DNA of 24,684 nt from Synechococcales cyanobacterium RM1_1_8. Lineage in GTDB: Bacteria; Cyanobacteriota; Cyanobacteriia; PCC-9006; JAAUQQ01. This document shows, piece by piece, positions 1 to 8,486 of this stretch; the stretch's first letter is position 1; the number at the start of each line of letters is the position of its first letter. The position numbers and the translations under genes were made by a program. The stretch is from positions 1 to 24,684 of the forward strand of contig JAAUQQ010000025.1 in assembly GCA_012032745.1 (NCBI GenBank), in the 5' to 3' direction. The notes under the pieces were generated by a model. It was not told the DNA's origin, ran no database searches, and saw only the letters and a program-made list of their open reading frames with translations.

Positions 1-121
1 AACCCCTCTCCCCTTGTGGGAGAGGGGCTCCAATCCGGCTCCCCTTCTCCATCAAATGGAGGAGGGGTTGGGGGATGAGGTCGGCCCAAGCTAGCCTGAG
101 AACTTTCGCCCTGCTGTACTA
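1..121. repeat. MITE-like palindromic dispersed element, copy A (left part cut off by the window edge)
   Basis: About 120 nt align nearly base-for-base with 6649-6770. Two strong hairpins are present: 3-27 (CCCCTCTCCC/GGGAGAGGGG) and about 41-67 (CCCCTTCTCCAT/ATGGAGGAGGGG). The element ends in ...CTGCTGTAC-TA-G, on the stop codon of the 119..739 gene. Confidence 0.7.
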
Positions 122-739
122 GAGTAAATCTGGCTGCTCCTCGGGCTCGCTCGGCTTGCTGGTGCTGCGATCGGGATCGGCAATGCGATGGGGATAGCGG
201 GAATTTTTTTGGATGTCGCCTTTGATTTGTTCCAGGTCCATGTAGCGATCGGCGACATTGATCAAGCTGTCGCTGGTCATGGAGCGCAGGCTGACCACCT
301 CGACGCGCACCCCTCGATAGCTGACGGCATCGACCGCATAGGCCAGATCCCCATCGCCGCTGACGAGGACAGCGGTGTCGTAGGAGCCCACTAGGGCCAT
401 CATGTCCACGGCAATTTCCACATCCAAGTTGGCTTTTTTAGAGCCATCGGGGAGCTGGACCAAATCCTTGGAAATGACCCGGTAGCCATTGCGCCGCATC
501 CAGAGCAAGAAGCCCTGCTGTTTTTCATTGCTGCGATCTACGCCCGTATAAAAAAACGATCGCAGCAGCCGCGACCCCCCCGTTAACCGGACCAGCAGCT
601 TGGTGTAGTCAATTTCCATACCGAGCTGGAGCGCGGCATAGAATAGGTTGGAGCCATCAATAAAGATCGCCACCCGGCCCCGGTTTTCCAAGACCTGCTC
701 CGGCGTAAAGATGGGATCTCGATCCAGAGATTGAATCAT
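119..739 (-). CDS. NYN/LabA-like (DUF88) PIN-fold domain protein
   Basis: The N-terminal VAIFIDGSNLFYA motif and the later VLVSGDGDLAYAV motif are the conserved acidic-residue blocks of NYN/LabA-type nucleases. ATG lies at 739-737 and TAG at 121-119. Confidence 0.8.
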   Translation of the reverse strand: MIQSLDRDPIFTPEQVLENRGRVAIFIDGSNLFYAALQLGMEIDYTKLLVRLTGGSRLLRSFFYTGVDRSNEKQQGFLLWMRRNGYRVISKDLVQLPDGSKKANLDVEIAVDMMALVGSYDTAVLVSGDGDLAYAVDAVSYRGVRVEVVSLRSMTSDSLINVADRYMDLEQIKGDIQKNSRYPHRIADPDRSTSKPSEPEEQPDLL

Positions 740-865
740 ACAGGGCTAAATCCTTATTTATTAAAAAGGTGACCCCAAAAGCAGGTCTAAAAGGGTCTAA
801 AAAAGAATGCTGAAAACTCGGCCTCGACCAGGATCCCCCAAAAAGAGGGGAGCTTGGAAAATAAT

Positions 866-2509
866 TTAAACGGATTCCAGTTCAAGCTTGGCAAAAATCG
901 GAGAAGGTTGCTCCATGAGCTGTCCCCCAGGCAAACAACCCCACTGGGACTGCTCTCCATAGGCCAGGGAGGCTGACTTGTGCGTGATGGCCCCGCCCGT
1001 AACGGCTGCCGTCACGGCATTGAAGTCCAGCTTGTAACCGAGCTGCTGATAGATGGCATTGGCCAGGTTGGGCACCACGGGGGAAAGCAGGTAGGCCACT
1101 TGACGCACGGACTCTAGCACAGCGTAAAGGATGGACTCAACGGCGGCCTGGTTGCCTTCTTTGTAGCGGCTCCAGGGGGCCTCTTGATCGAGAAATTTAT
1201 TGCAGGCTTGGGCCAGGCTGAGGGCGCTGGTGCAAACTTCGCGGAAGGCTAGGGCTTCATAGGCGATGGCGATGCGATCGCCCAAACCATCCCCCATCTG
1301 CCTCAGGGGGTGATCCGCCGGAAAATCCTCACCCGAGAGCTGGGGCACGGTCAGATCGCAGTAGCGCTTGGCCATACCCAGGGTGCGGTTGAGCAGGTTG
1401 CCCAGATCATTGGCCAGGTCCGCATTCAGGGTATCGACAAAACGCGCTTCGCTGAAGTCGCCATCGCGGCCAAATTCGATCTCCTTGAGAAAGTAGTAGC
1501 GCACGGCATCGGAGCCGTATCGGTTGATCAAGGCGACGGGATCGAGCACATTGCCCAGGCTTTTACCCATTTTTTGGCCATCTTTGGTTAGGAAGCCATG
1601 GCCGAAGACGCGATCGCTCACGGGCAGTCCCGCCGACATCAGCATCGCTGGCCAATAGACCGCATGGAAGCGCAGAATGTCCTTGCCGATCAGATGCAGG
1701 CTAAAGGGAAACCATCTTGCCGTGGCGTTCTCCAGGGTGGGCTCATCCTCGGGCTCCAGCAGGGCGGTGACGTAGCCCAGCAGGGCATCGAACCAGACGT
1801 AGAGTGTGTGCCTGGCATCGCCGGGCACGGGAAAGCCCCAGTCCAAATTGATACGGGAGATCGAAAAATCCTTGAGGCCCTGGCTGACAAAGCTGAGGAC
1901 TTCGTTGCGGCGGCTGGGGGGCTGGATGAAGTCGGGATTGGCTGCGTAGAGGGCTTCCAGCTTTTCCTGATAGTTGGAGAGGCGAAAGAAGTAGTTTTCT
2001 TCATCGCGCCATTCCGCTTCCTGGTTGGGGTGGAGGGGACAGAATTTTTCGTCAATCAGATCGCGCTTTTCCTTGAACTCTTCGCAGCCGACACAGTAAA
2101 ACCCCTGCTGCTGGCTGAGATAGATATCGCCCTGGGCTTCGACGCGCTGATAAAACTCCGTGACGATCGCCCGGTGGCGTTCATCGGTGGTGCGGCTGAA
2201 GCGATCGTATCGGATATTGAGCTGTTGCCACAGATCCTGGAAGCTGCCGACGATCTGGTCGCAGTGTTCCTGGGGCGATCGCCCATGTTTCTCCGCCGTG
2301 CGCTGAATCTTCTGCCCATGCTCATCGGTGCCGGTCACCATCAGGGTGGGCCGCCCCCGCAGCCGCTGGTAGCGACAGAGGCTATCCAAGGCCATGGTGG
2401 TGTAGGCGCTGCCCACGTGGGGAACGTCATTGACGTAGTAGAGCGGCGTCGTGGCGGCAAAAGGGGCGAGGTTGGATGGGGCAGACGCTTTTGGATCGGC
2501 GTTGGACAT
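866..2509 (-). CDS. metG: methionine--tRNA ligase
   Basis: Class I aaRS HIGH-type block (YYVNDVPHVGSAYTT), CxxC...CP zinc knuckle (CVGCEEFK...FCPLH) and KMSKS-type block (GQKMGKSLGN). The track ORF starts at 2608, but the first plausible start is the ATG at 2509 (MSNADPK...), just before the conserved core. Confidence 0.93.
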   Translation of the reverse strand: MSNADPKASAPSNLAPFAATTPLYYVNDVPHVGSAYTTMALDSLCRYQRLRGRPTLMVTGTDEHGQKIQRTAEKHGRSPQEHCDQIVGSFQDLWQQLNIRYDRFSRTTDERHRAIVTEFYQRVEAQGDIYLSQQQGFYCVGCEEFKEKRDLIDEKFCPLHPNQEAEWRDEENYFFRLSNYQEKLEALYAANPDFIQPPSRRNEVLSFVSQGLKDFSISRINLDWGFPVPGDARHTLYVWFDALLGYVTALLEPEDEPTLENATARWFPFSLHLIGKDILRFHAVYWPAMLMSAGLPVSDRVFGHGFLTKDGQKMGKSLGNVLDPVALINRYGSDAVRYYFLKEIEFGRDGDFSEARFVDTLNADLANDLGNLLNRTLGMAKRYCDLTVPQLSGEDFPADHPLRQMGDGLGDRIAIAYEALAFREVCTSALSLAQACNKFLDQEAPWSRYKEGNQAAVESILYAVLESVRQVAYLLSPVVPNLANAIYQQLGYKLDFNAVTAAVTGGAITHKSASLAYGEQSQWGCLPGGQLMEQPSPIFAKLELESV

Positions 2510-2949
2510 ATAAGGCTCGACGACACGCCCAAACTGGGCTGATATATGGTTTTTTAAAGGGATTTTACAGGGATGCTGTGCCCTCGGACCCAGCGCTAGC
2601 CAGCACAAATCCTAGGCTTTGATAACATAATCCTATACTTCGCCCGAGGGGCCAACGCGGGTTTGATAAAGCTTAAGAAATATTTTGGCAAATTTGGGGC
2701 TTAAATCGCCCAGCGGGCGAGAAATGCAGTTTTGGAGTTCCGGATGGGTGGGACGTTGGGCAGGGGCGAACTAGGTTGTGCGCTCTAGGTCGTGCGATCG
2801 CCCCTGCTTGTCCGGAGCTGTGGGCGCGATCGCGCTGAAATCACCACGGAACCCCTTAGAATTTTTGCAGCTTTGTTTTGCAGCCTTGTCAGGGCTTACC
2901 CGCAAGCGACCTGCAAGCCCCATTCTCTCTCCACCGCTGAGGTCAAGCC

Positions 2950-4068
2950 ATGTTGCCGAATTCTCCTGCCGATGCTGCGGACATGTCCGGCATTACCCAG
3001 GTGTATCCGATTTTGTGGTGTGAGGATCACATTCTCCTGATCGATCAGACCCGCCTGCCTCGGGAATATGTGCTGGTGGACATCCGCCGGTCCAGCGACC
3101 TGGCCGAAGCGATTCGCACGATGATTGTGCGGGGAGCTCCGGCGATCGGCGTGGCCGCCGCCTATGGCATGTACCTGGGGGCCAAGGAACTGGCCGCAAC
3201 CCTTGGCGACTGGGATCGCCCCCGCTTCCTCGCTGGGCTGGCGGAAGTGGCGGCCATGCTGCGGGAAACGCGTCCCACGGCGGTGAACCTGTTTTGGGCA
3301 ATCGATCGCATGACTGGCCTGGCCCAGCACAGCCAAGCCGCCACGGCCCAGGCATGGGTGGCTGAACTCCTAGCCGAAGCCCAGGAGATCCACCTCTCAG
3401 ACCTCAAAACCTGCTACCGCATCGGCCAGCAGGGGTTGAATATTTTGCCCGATCGCCCCGAAAAACTGCGGATCATGACCCACTGCAATACGGGCTCCCT
3501 GGCCACGGCGGGCTATGGCACTGCCCTGGGAGTGGTGCGATCGGCCTGGCGATCGGGGCGGCTGGAGCGGGTCTATGCGGGGGAGACGCGGCCCCGGCTC
3601 CAAGGCGCGAAGCTGACCACCTGGGAATGCATCCAAGAAGACATTCCAGTCACGCTCATTACTGACAGCATGGCCGCCCACTGCATGGCCCAGGGGATGG
3701 TTGATCTGGTGATCGTCGGGGCTGATCGCATCGCCGCCAACGGCGACACCGCCAACAAAATCGGCACCTACAGTCTGGCCCTCGTGGCCAAGGCCCACAA
3801 CATTCCGTTCTACGTGGCGGCTCCCCTCTCCACGGTGGATTTCAGCCTCCCCGATGGCACCCAGATTCCCATCGAAGAGCGGGATCCCGCTGAGATTGCC
3901 CTGACCTGGGGAGAGCCGATCTGTCCTGCGGGCACTGAATTCTACAATCCCGCCTTCGATGTCACCCCAGCGGCCCTGATCACCGCTGTGATTACCGAAG
4001 AGGGCTGCGTCGCCCCAGAGGAACTGCCTAGCCTCGAACATGCCTTGCATCCCTCGGTGAAGCGCTAG
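2950..4068 (+). CDS. mtnA: S-methyl-5-thioribose-1-phosphate isomerase (eIF-2B alpha/beta/delta-like family)
   Basis: [42 protein letters not shown] and [18 protein letters not shown] are diagnostic MtnA blocks. An alternative start is the ATG at 2983. Confidence 0.9.
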   Translation: MLPNSPADAADMSGITQVYPILWCEDHILLIDQTRLPREYVLVDIRRSSDLAEAIRTMIVRGAPAIGVAAAYGMYLGAKELAATLGDWDRPRFLAGLAEVAAMLRETRPTAVNLFWAIDRMTGLAQHSQAATAQAWVAELLAEAQEIHLSDLKTCYRIGQQGLNILPDRPEKLRIMTHCNTGSLATAGYGTALGVVRSAWRSGRLERVYAGETRPRLQGAKLTTWECIQEDIPVTLITDSMAAHCMAQGMVDLVIVGADRIAANGDTANKIGTYSLALVAKAHNIPFYVAAPLSTVDFSLPDGTQIPIEERDPAEIALTWGEPICPAGTEFYNPAFDVTPAALITAVITEEGCVAPEELPSLEHALHPSVKR

Positions 4069-4089
4069 GCCCAGTCAGCCCAGCCAGGT

Positions 4090-4467
4090 CTAATCGTCGA
4101 TCGCCTGGGAGGAAATCACTTCCACATCCACCGTGCCCGGCGGCGTCTGGCGCACAAACTGACGATCCTTAACCAAGAGCGACTCACCACAGCTCGGACA
4201 GGTCAGGGGCCTGCCCTGCAATGCACTCAGGGGAGCAGCGCAGACGGGGCAACTGCCCTGAACAATATTGCGATTGAGCCACCAGCGCAGGCCCACAAAC
4301 CCAACAATGGGGGCGATGACCACTAGGGCGACAAGAAAGGTCGAAAGCTCCACAAACCAATCGGGCAGGATGGAAATCAGCGCAAACAGCGCCACCAAGC
4401 CCAAGAGCAAACTGCCCAGGCCCCGAAGCTGAATTGACCGAACCTCACTAAACCGATTGGGATCCAT
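4090..4467 (-). CDS. small membrane protein with C-terminal zinc ribbon
   Basis: Two hydrophobic helices are followed by CPVC...x15...CPSC. I recognised no family. Confidence 0.55.
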   Translation of the reverse strand: MDPNRFSEVRSIQLRGLGSLLLGLVALFALISILPDWFVELSTFLVALVVIAPIVGFVGLRWWLNRNIVQGSCPVCAAPLSALQGRPLTCPSCGESLLVKDRQFVRQTPPGTVDVEVISSQAIDD

Positions 4468-4527
4468 AGATGCTCCTGCTGCCTGCGCAGGGGGACGGCG
4501 ACTGGCTGGTACTGCGGCTGGGGTTGA

Positions 4528-5202
4528 TCAGGCCTCCAGAGACTGAGCCAGCGTCTGGGATAGCTTTTGGGCCATAGCCTCAATCCAGGCTTCATCCTGC
4601 TCGCTATAGCTGCGGGGGGCATTGGCTGCCAAAATCAATGCGCCGCGACTTTCCTCGCCATCGTCGCTGGGATCGGTCAGGGGATGGCAAATCAGCCCTT
4701 GAATGTTTTCGGGCAAATAATCAAATTCAATCCGGCCTGGATAGAGCTTGAGATCCACCAGGTAGACTGGCTTCTCAGTCTCCATGACGCGATCGACGAT
4801 GATCCCCGGCTCCTCCATCTCCCGTTCGACCAGGATGCCCCGCCGGGCAATGACGCGGTCGTCATACCAGATCAGGAGCGATCGCGTCGCCGTATTGGTC
4901 AACAGCAGCTTGGTCACCCAAGCCAGCTCCAGCTTGACGGCTTCGGGCAGGGATTCATCTAAATCAAACCCCTCGCTGCCCACCAGCTCTACCGCTTCCG
5001 GCAGCTTGGGCTGCACCCGCTGCCACAGTAGCCCCGTGAGGATCAGCAGGGCGCTGAGGATGATGCCGAGGGCATCGGAGCGGGATTGGGAGGTGACCAA
5101 GACGGGGGTGAAGGCGCGGTTGATTAACAGCAGCATGCCGCCCAGGGCACCCACCACCAGGGGCAGGCGTTGGAGAACTGGAGAGGAATCGGAAGGAGCC
5201 AA
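4528..5202 (-). CDS. membrane-anchored protein, probably CCB2/CCB4-type (DUF2930) cytochrome b6f cofactor-assembly family
   Basis: The N-terminal pair of TM helices (LPLVVGALGGMLLLINR...QSRSDALGIILSALLILTGLLW) and a ~150-aa soluble domain match my recollection of the cyanobacterial CCB family. The call is from memory, not from a search. Confidence 0.45.
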   Translation of the reverse strand: MAPSDSSPVLQRLPLVVGALGGMLLLINRAFTPVLVTSQSRSDALGIILSALLILTGLLWQRVQPKLPEAVELVGSEGFDLDESLPEAVKLELAWVTKLLLTNTATRSLLIWYDDRVIARRGILVEREMEEPGIIVDRVMETEKPVYLVDLKLYPGRIEFDYLPENIQGLICHPLTDPSDDGEESRGALILAANAPRSYSEQDEAWIEAMAQKLSQTLAQSLEA

Positions 5203-5264
5203 GGGAAATTTACTCGGAATTCAGGAACAAAGGCGGGTCAAATGGGCGAGATCAGGCTGGCGGT

Positions 5265-5717
5265 TTAGTCCAAATAGCCCAACATTTCCTCATCTGCGGG
5301 ACTGGTGTTGGGCGCGATGGGCCGGTTCATGATCTGGGGCGACTGGGTGAAGTTGGGGCTAGGGGAGCCGTTGATGTTCGGCGAAGCTCCAATCGGCCTC
5401 AGGCCTGCCATGCGCACCGTTTGGGAGACCTGGATGGGGCTGGGGTCTACGGGGCGGTTGTCGGTGTAGCGCTTGCGGCGGGAGCTGACAACCAGGGCGT
5501 GGGTTTGCTCAATGCTGCCGGGCTTGGGCGGGGCTTCGCTGCCGGGGACTGGCTGGCCGGGGCTGGGCTGGCCGTTGGAGGCCCCGTTGGACGCTGCGCT
5601 GGCGGGCTGGCTTGGGTCAGTGCCTGCTGGGCTGGCGGACTGGGCTGCGCGGCGATCGCGCTTAAGGCTCTGGCGGCTGGGGGTGTTTTGGGCGGAGCTG
5701 GACGGGTCGTTGGCCAT
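5265..5717 (-). CDS. Pro/Ser/Ala-rich low-complexity protein of unknown function
   Basis: This frame has a strong C/G third-position codon bias, unlike the overlapping frames. It has three [N/L]RP[V/I] motifs (NRPVDPSP, LRPIGASP, NRPIAPNT). No family assigned. Confidence 0.5.
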   Translation of the reverse strand: MANDPSSSAQNTPSRQSLKRDRRAAQSASPAGTDPSQPASAASNGASNGQPSPGQPVPGSEAPPKPGSIEQTHALVVSSRRKRYTDNRPVDPSPIQVSQTVRMAGLRPIGASPNINGSPSPNFTQSPQIMNRPIAPNTSPADEEMLGYLD

Positions 5718-6060
5718 GGGGTCCTCGCGGGCGGGGTGCTGGGACGAATCGCTGGTGCTGAGACCGGCAAGATTGAGTCAGGGAGATTGAGGAAACTAAG
5801 GCTCCCGTGATGGTTGGGTTCGGAGCGCTCTCCCTTAGGGACATCCCGTCGGGGCAGGGGAATCCTCAATGCTGTGGCAAATCTTATTGATTCTCTACGT
5901 CTCAATTATAGGGACAGGTCTGGCATTCTCGACCGATTGGCCCCAGGCAAAGCCCTAGATTGACGCGAGCTATTGACGATAGTTGGCGAGAGATTGCCTA
6001 TGATGGGCCCTAGGGAATGCTTGGAAAGTGGGTAAGGCAGCGATGGGGCCAGACCACAAT

Positions 6061-6102
6061 CTTCAAATTTCAAACATTCTCTTCAAATTTCAAACATTCT
6101 CT
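6061..6102 (+). repeat. perfect tandem duplication of a 20-mer (CTTCAAATTTCAAACATTCT x2, plus CT)
   Basis: Read directly: 6061-6080 equals 6081-6100. It lies ~55 nt upstream of the 6154 start codon. Confidence 0.9.
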
Positions 6103-6153
6103 GTCGCAGAAATGTTCCGTAAAACGCATTGATTTCGAAGGGAAGCGGGCTCC

Positions 6154-6615
6154 ATGGGCTTATTTGACAAGGTGACGAAGCAGGTGAAGGTGACCCAGCA
6201 GTTAGATGATGGCGCTGCTTTGAGCAGTCCGGAGGCCTTTGCTGCGATCGCCCTGGCAGCTGTGGCTTCCGATGGCTATCTCTCGGAAGAGGAAGCCCAG
6301 AGCATCCCCTTCATTCTCTCCCACATGCAGTTGTTCAAAGCTTACAGCGATGACATGATGCGTCGGCTGTTCGATAAGCTGTTGGCCAGGCTTCAGCACA
6401 GTGGTGTAGAGGCCCTGGTTGTCTCTGCCAAGGATTCCCTCGAACCAGACCTGCGGGAGACAGCTTTTACGGTGGCGACGGATTTGGTCCTGGCCGATGG
6501 GGTGGTGACCGAGGAGGAGGAGACTTTTCTACAGGATTTGCAGGGGAAGCTGGGCATCGACAGCGACCTGGCCCAGCAGGTGGTTCGGGTGATGACGATT
6601 AAGAACCGAGGCTAG
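6154..6615 (+). CDS. TerB-like (tellurite-resistance TerB / DjlA N-terminal fold) protein
   Basis: Two acidic helical repeats of the type AASDGYLSEEE... and LVLADGVVTEEEETFL are typical of TerB-fold proteins. Confidence 0.6.
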   Translation: MGLFDKVTKQVKVTQQLDDGAALSSPEAFAAIALAAVASDGYLSEEEAQSIPFILSHMQLFKAYSDDMMRRLFDKLLARLQHSGVEALVVSAKDSLEPDLRETAFTVATDLVLADGVVTEEEETFLQDLQGKLGIDSDLAQQVVRVMTIKNRG

Positions 6616-6767
6616 TAGACTTGGGCGTAAGTTTGGCTCCCTCACCCCAACCCCTCTCCCACAAGGGAAGAGAGGCTTCGATCCGGCTCCTCTTCTCCAT
6701 CTGATGGAGAAAGGGTTGGGGGATGAGGTCGGCCCAAGCGAGCCTCAGAACTTCCACCCTGCTGTAC
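6615..6767. repeat. MITE-like palindromic dispersed element, copy B (apparently complete)
   Basis: Matches 1-121. There is long-range inverted complementarity (CCTCACCCCAACCCC at ~6641-6655 vs GGGTTGGGGGATGAGG at 6713-6728; CTTGGGC at 6620-6626 vs GCCCAAG at 6732-6738). The imperfect termini GTAGACTTGGG / CCCTGCTGTAC are flanked by TA on both sides, within CTAG. Confidence 0.65.
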
Positions 6768-7423
6768 TAGGATTTGACCTGGGCTCCGTGGCTGCGGGGA
6801 TCGCTCTGGCCGAGCCGGGTTGTGCTGAGGCCGCGATCGGTGGGGGAGAGCTTGCCCGTAACTGGGTTCTGGTCTGGGTTCTGATCTGGGCCACCACCTG
6901 GGCCACCTGGGCCATCACCCTGGGCCCGGACAGCCCGGACATAGGGCAGGGAAGTTTGGTTTACCAGTGCCTCTAGGTTGGCTGCCATCACCGCTGGGGG
7001 TTGCTCGCCCAGGCTGGCGGCGACGGTCTGGCCGTCGCGGTCAAAGAATTCAAAGTGGGGAATGCCATCGACATTGTAGGTACTCATTTCGGGCAGCCAT
7101 TTGTCGTTGTCCACGTTGAGCATGACGAAGTTGAGGCGATCGCCATAGCGCTGTTCCAGCTCTGCCATGGTGCCGACCATGGCCTGGCAGCTGGTACACC
7201 AATCGGCGTAAAACTCCACCAGGGAGGGTTTGCCACTGTTCAAGGCGACGTCCAAGGGTACGGCGGCGGCGGCCATGCTGCCCAGGGTCGGTACCGTGTT
7301 TTGCAATCGCAGGCCGAAGAAGATGGAAACTGTTAGGGCGGTGGCCACTAGGGCAATGATGCCATTGCGGAGGCTGCTGCTGGGGCTCAATGGAGATGAA
7401 TTGGTGGTCTTGGGCTCAGCCAT
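6767..7423 (-). CDS. txlA: thioredoxin-like thiol:disulfide interchange protein (TxlA type), N-terminal TM anchor
   Basis: SLVEFYADWCTSCQ (WCxxC active site) lies in a thioredoxin fold after one TM helix. The C-terminal ~55 aa are low-complexity (GPGGPGGGPDQNPDQNP). Confidence 0.8.
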   Translation of the reverse strand: MAEPKTTNSSPLSPSSSLRNGIIALVATALTVSIFFGLRLQNTVPTLGSMAAAAVPLDVALNSGKPSLVEFYADWCTSCQAMVGTMAELEQRYGDRLNFVMLNVDNDKWLPEMSTYNVDGIPHFEFFDRDGQTVAASLGEQPPAVMAANLEALVNQTSLPYVRAVRAQGDGPGGPGGGPDQNPDQNPVTGKLSPTDRGLSTTRLGQSDPRSHGAQVKS

Positions 7424-7506
7424 GGGTCTTGCTCAGTCGGGTCATAATATGAGGGGCTCACCTTCCAGTGTAATTCCCCAGATCAATTCCACCGGCTAGC
7501 CCTGCT

Positions 7507-7860
7507 ATGAAAAAGCGTGTCACCCTGACCTTTTCTCGCGAAACCTCCCAGATGCCGGTGACCTATTTGCTGGCGCGGGATTTTAATGTGGCGGCCAATA
7601 TCATCCGTGCCCAGGTGGCTCCCAATCGCGTGGGGACGCTGGTGCTGGAGCTGTCGGGGGAAATTGACGAGCTGAATGATTCCCTAGACTGGCTGCGATC
7701 GCGCCAGGTTCAAGTGTCCCTCGTGAGCCAGGAAATCACGGTGGATGCAGATGTCTGTGTTCACTGCGGCCTTTGCACGGGTGTTTGTCCCACGGAGGCG
7801 CTGAAGCTGGACCCCAAAACCGCTAAGCTGAGTTTCACGCGATCGCGTCGTGTGTGGTGA
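7507..7860 (+). CDS. NIL-domain / 4Fe-4S ferredoxin fusion protein (ORF ends at an in-frame TGA; the frame stays open to 7914)
   Basis: N-terminal NIL-type domain (PVTYLLARDFNVAANIIRAQV...), then CVHCGLCTGVCP. After the TGA at 7858-7860 the same frame reads CEQCIPTCPVEAISINL*. Confidence 0.8.
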   Translation: MKKRVTLTFSRETSQMPVTYLLARDFNVAANIIRAQVAPNRVGTLVLELSGEIDELNDSLDWLRSRQVQVSLVSQEITVDADVCVHCGLCTGVCPTEALKLDPKTAKLSFTRSRRVW

Positions 7861-7926
7861 TGTGAGCAGTGCATTCCCACTTGCCCGGTTGAGGCCATTT
7901 CGATCAATCTTTGAGTCAAGCTGTTT

Positions 7927-8448
7927 TTGCCCTCCCTGCCATTGCCTGTGTCACTGTTTCCTAAGCCCTATCGTCTCATCCCGGTTTCCCTGCTGCTGCT
8001 GTTTGCGGCTTATTTGGTGGTGGGCTGGAATTGGGCTCTGTATCGGGAGACCTGGACCCAGTCCTTTGCCCTATTGGCCGCTTGGCCCCAGCTCTTTTGG
8101 CCGGGGGCGGCCTTGATTACCCTGGTGACAATTGCAGTATTTACTGAGCCTTTGGCTGGCATTCGGCGCTGGCTCCATCAAGCCTTTGAGTCGGATACTA
8201 AAATGTTTTTCACCGTTATTTTGTTGACCAGTCTTTCGATTTTGCTGTTGGTTCACATGGAGATTTTGGCGAAGGGCATGTTGTTACTCAGTACGATTTC
8301 CCTGGCGAGATTCGATTTTCAGTTGGCGAAGCTAAACCATTGGTCTGCCTTTTTCTATCTTTCAATTTTTGCAATACTAGGTTTGTTATCCGGGGCGATG
8401 TTGCATTGGGCTTGGGGGCATTATGAGTTGCCTATGGGGAATGGGTGA
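7927..8448 (+). CDS. polytopic membrane protein, unknown function
   Basis: About five hydrophobic segments. TTG start in the track; start uncertain. Confidence 0.45.
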   Translation: MPSLPLPVSLFPKPYRLIPVSLLLLFAAYLVVGWNWALYRETWTQSFALLAAWPQLFWPGAALITLVTIAVFTEPLAGIRRWLHQAFESDTKMFFTVILLTSLSILLLVHMEILAKGMLLLSTISLARFDFQLAKLNHWSAFFYLSIFAILGLLSGAMLHWAWGHYELPMGNG

Positions 8449-8486
8449 TGGGGAATGGGGAGTAGGACGTAGAGGATGGTAGAGCT

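Noticed and set aside
1598-2542. 314-aa ORF on the plus strand, with several others nested in it, antisense to metG
   Set aside because: It lies entirely within a confidently identified metG and has a low-complexity Gly/Ala/Arg-rich translation. It is a typical stop-poor shadow frame in GC-rich DNA.
5421-5905. Alternative ORFs 5447..5905 (-), 5421..5810 (+) and 5473..5790 (+) overlapping the Pro-rich gene
   Set aside because: Only the 5265..5717 frame shows the strong C/G third-position bias seen in the neighbouring genes. The others are shadow frames of the same GC-rich tract.
6704-6976. 90-aa plus-strand ORF starting inside the MITE-like element (MEKGLGDEVG...)
   Set aside because: It starts within the repeat and runs antisense into txlA. 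The similar peptide encoded by copy A is a by-product of the repeat sequence.
7858-7860. The in-frame TGA of the NIL-ferredoxin read as selenocysteine
   Set aside because: The codon is not at a Cys-ligand position of the C-x2-C-x2-C-x3-C-P motif. Only a weak bulged hairpin (GCAGTG...CACtTGC) follows. Sec usage is not typical of cyanobacteria. Local indels or error are more parsimonious.
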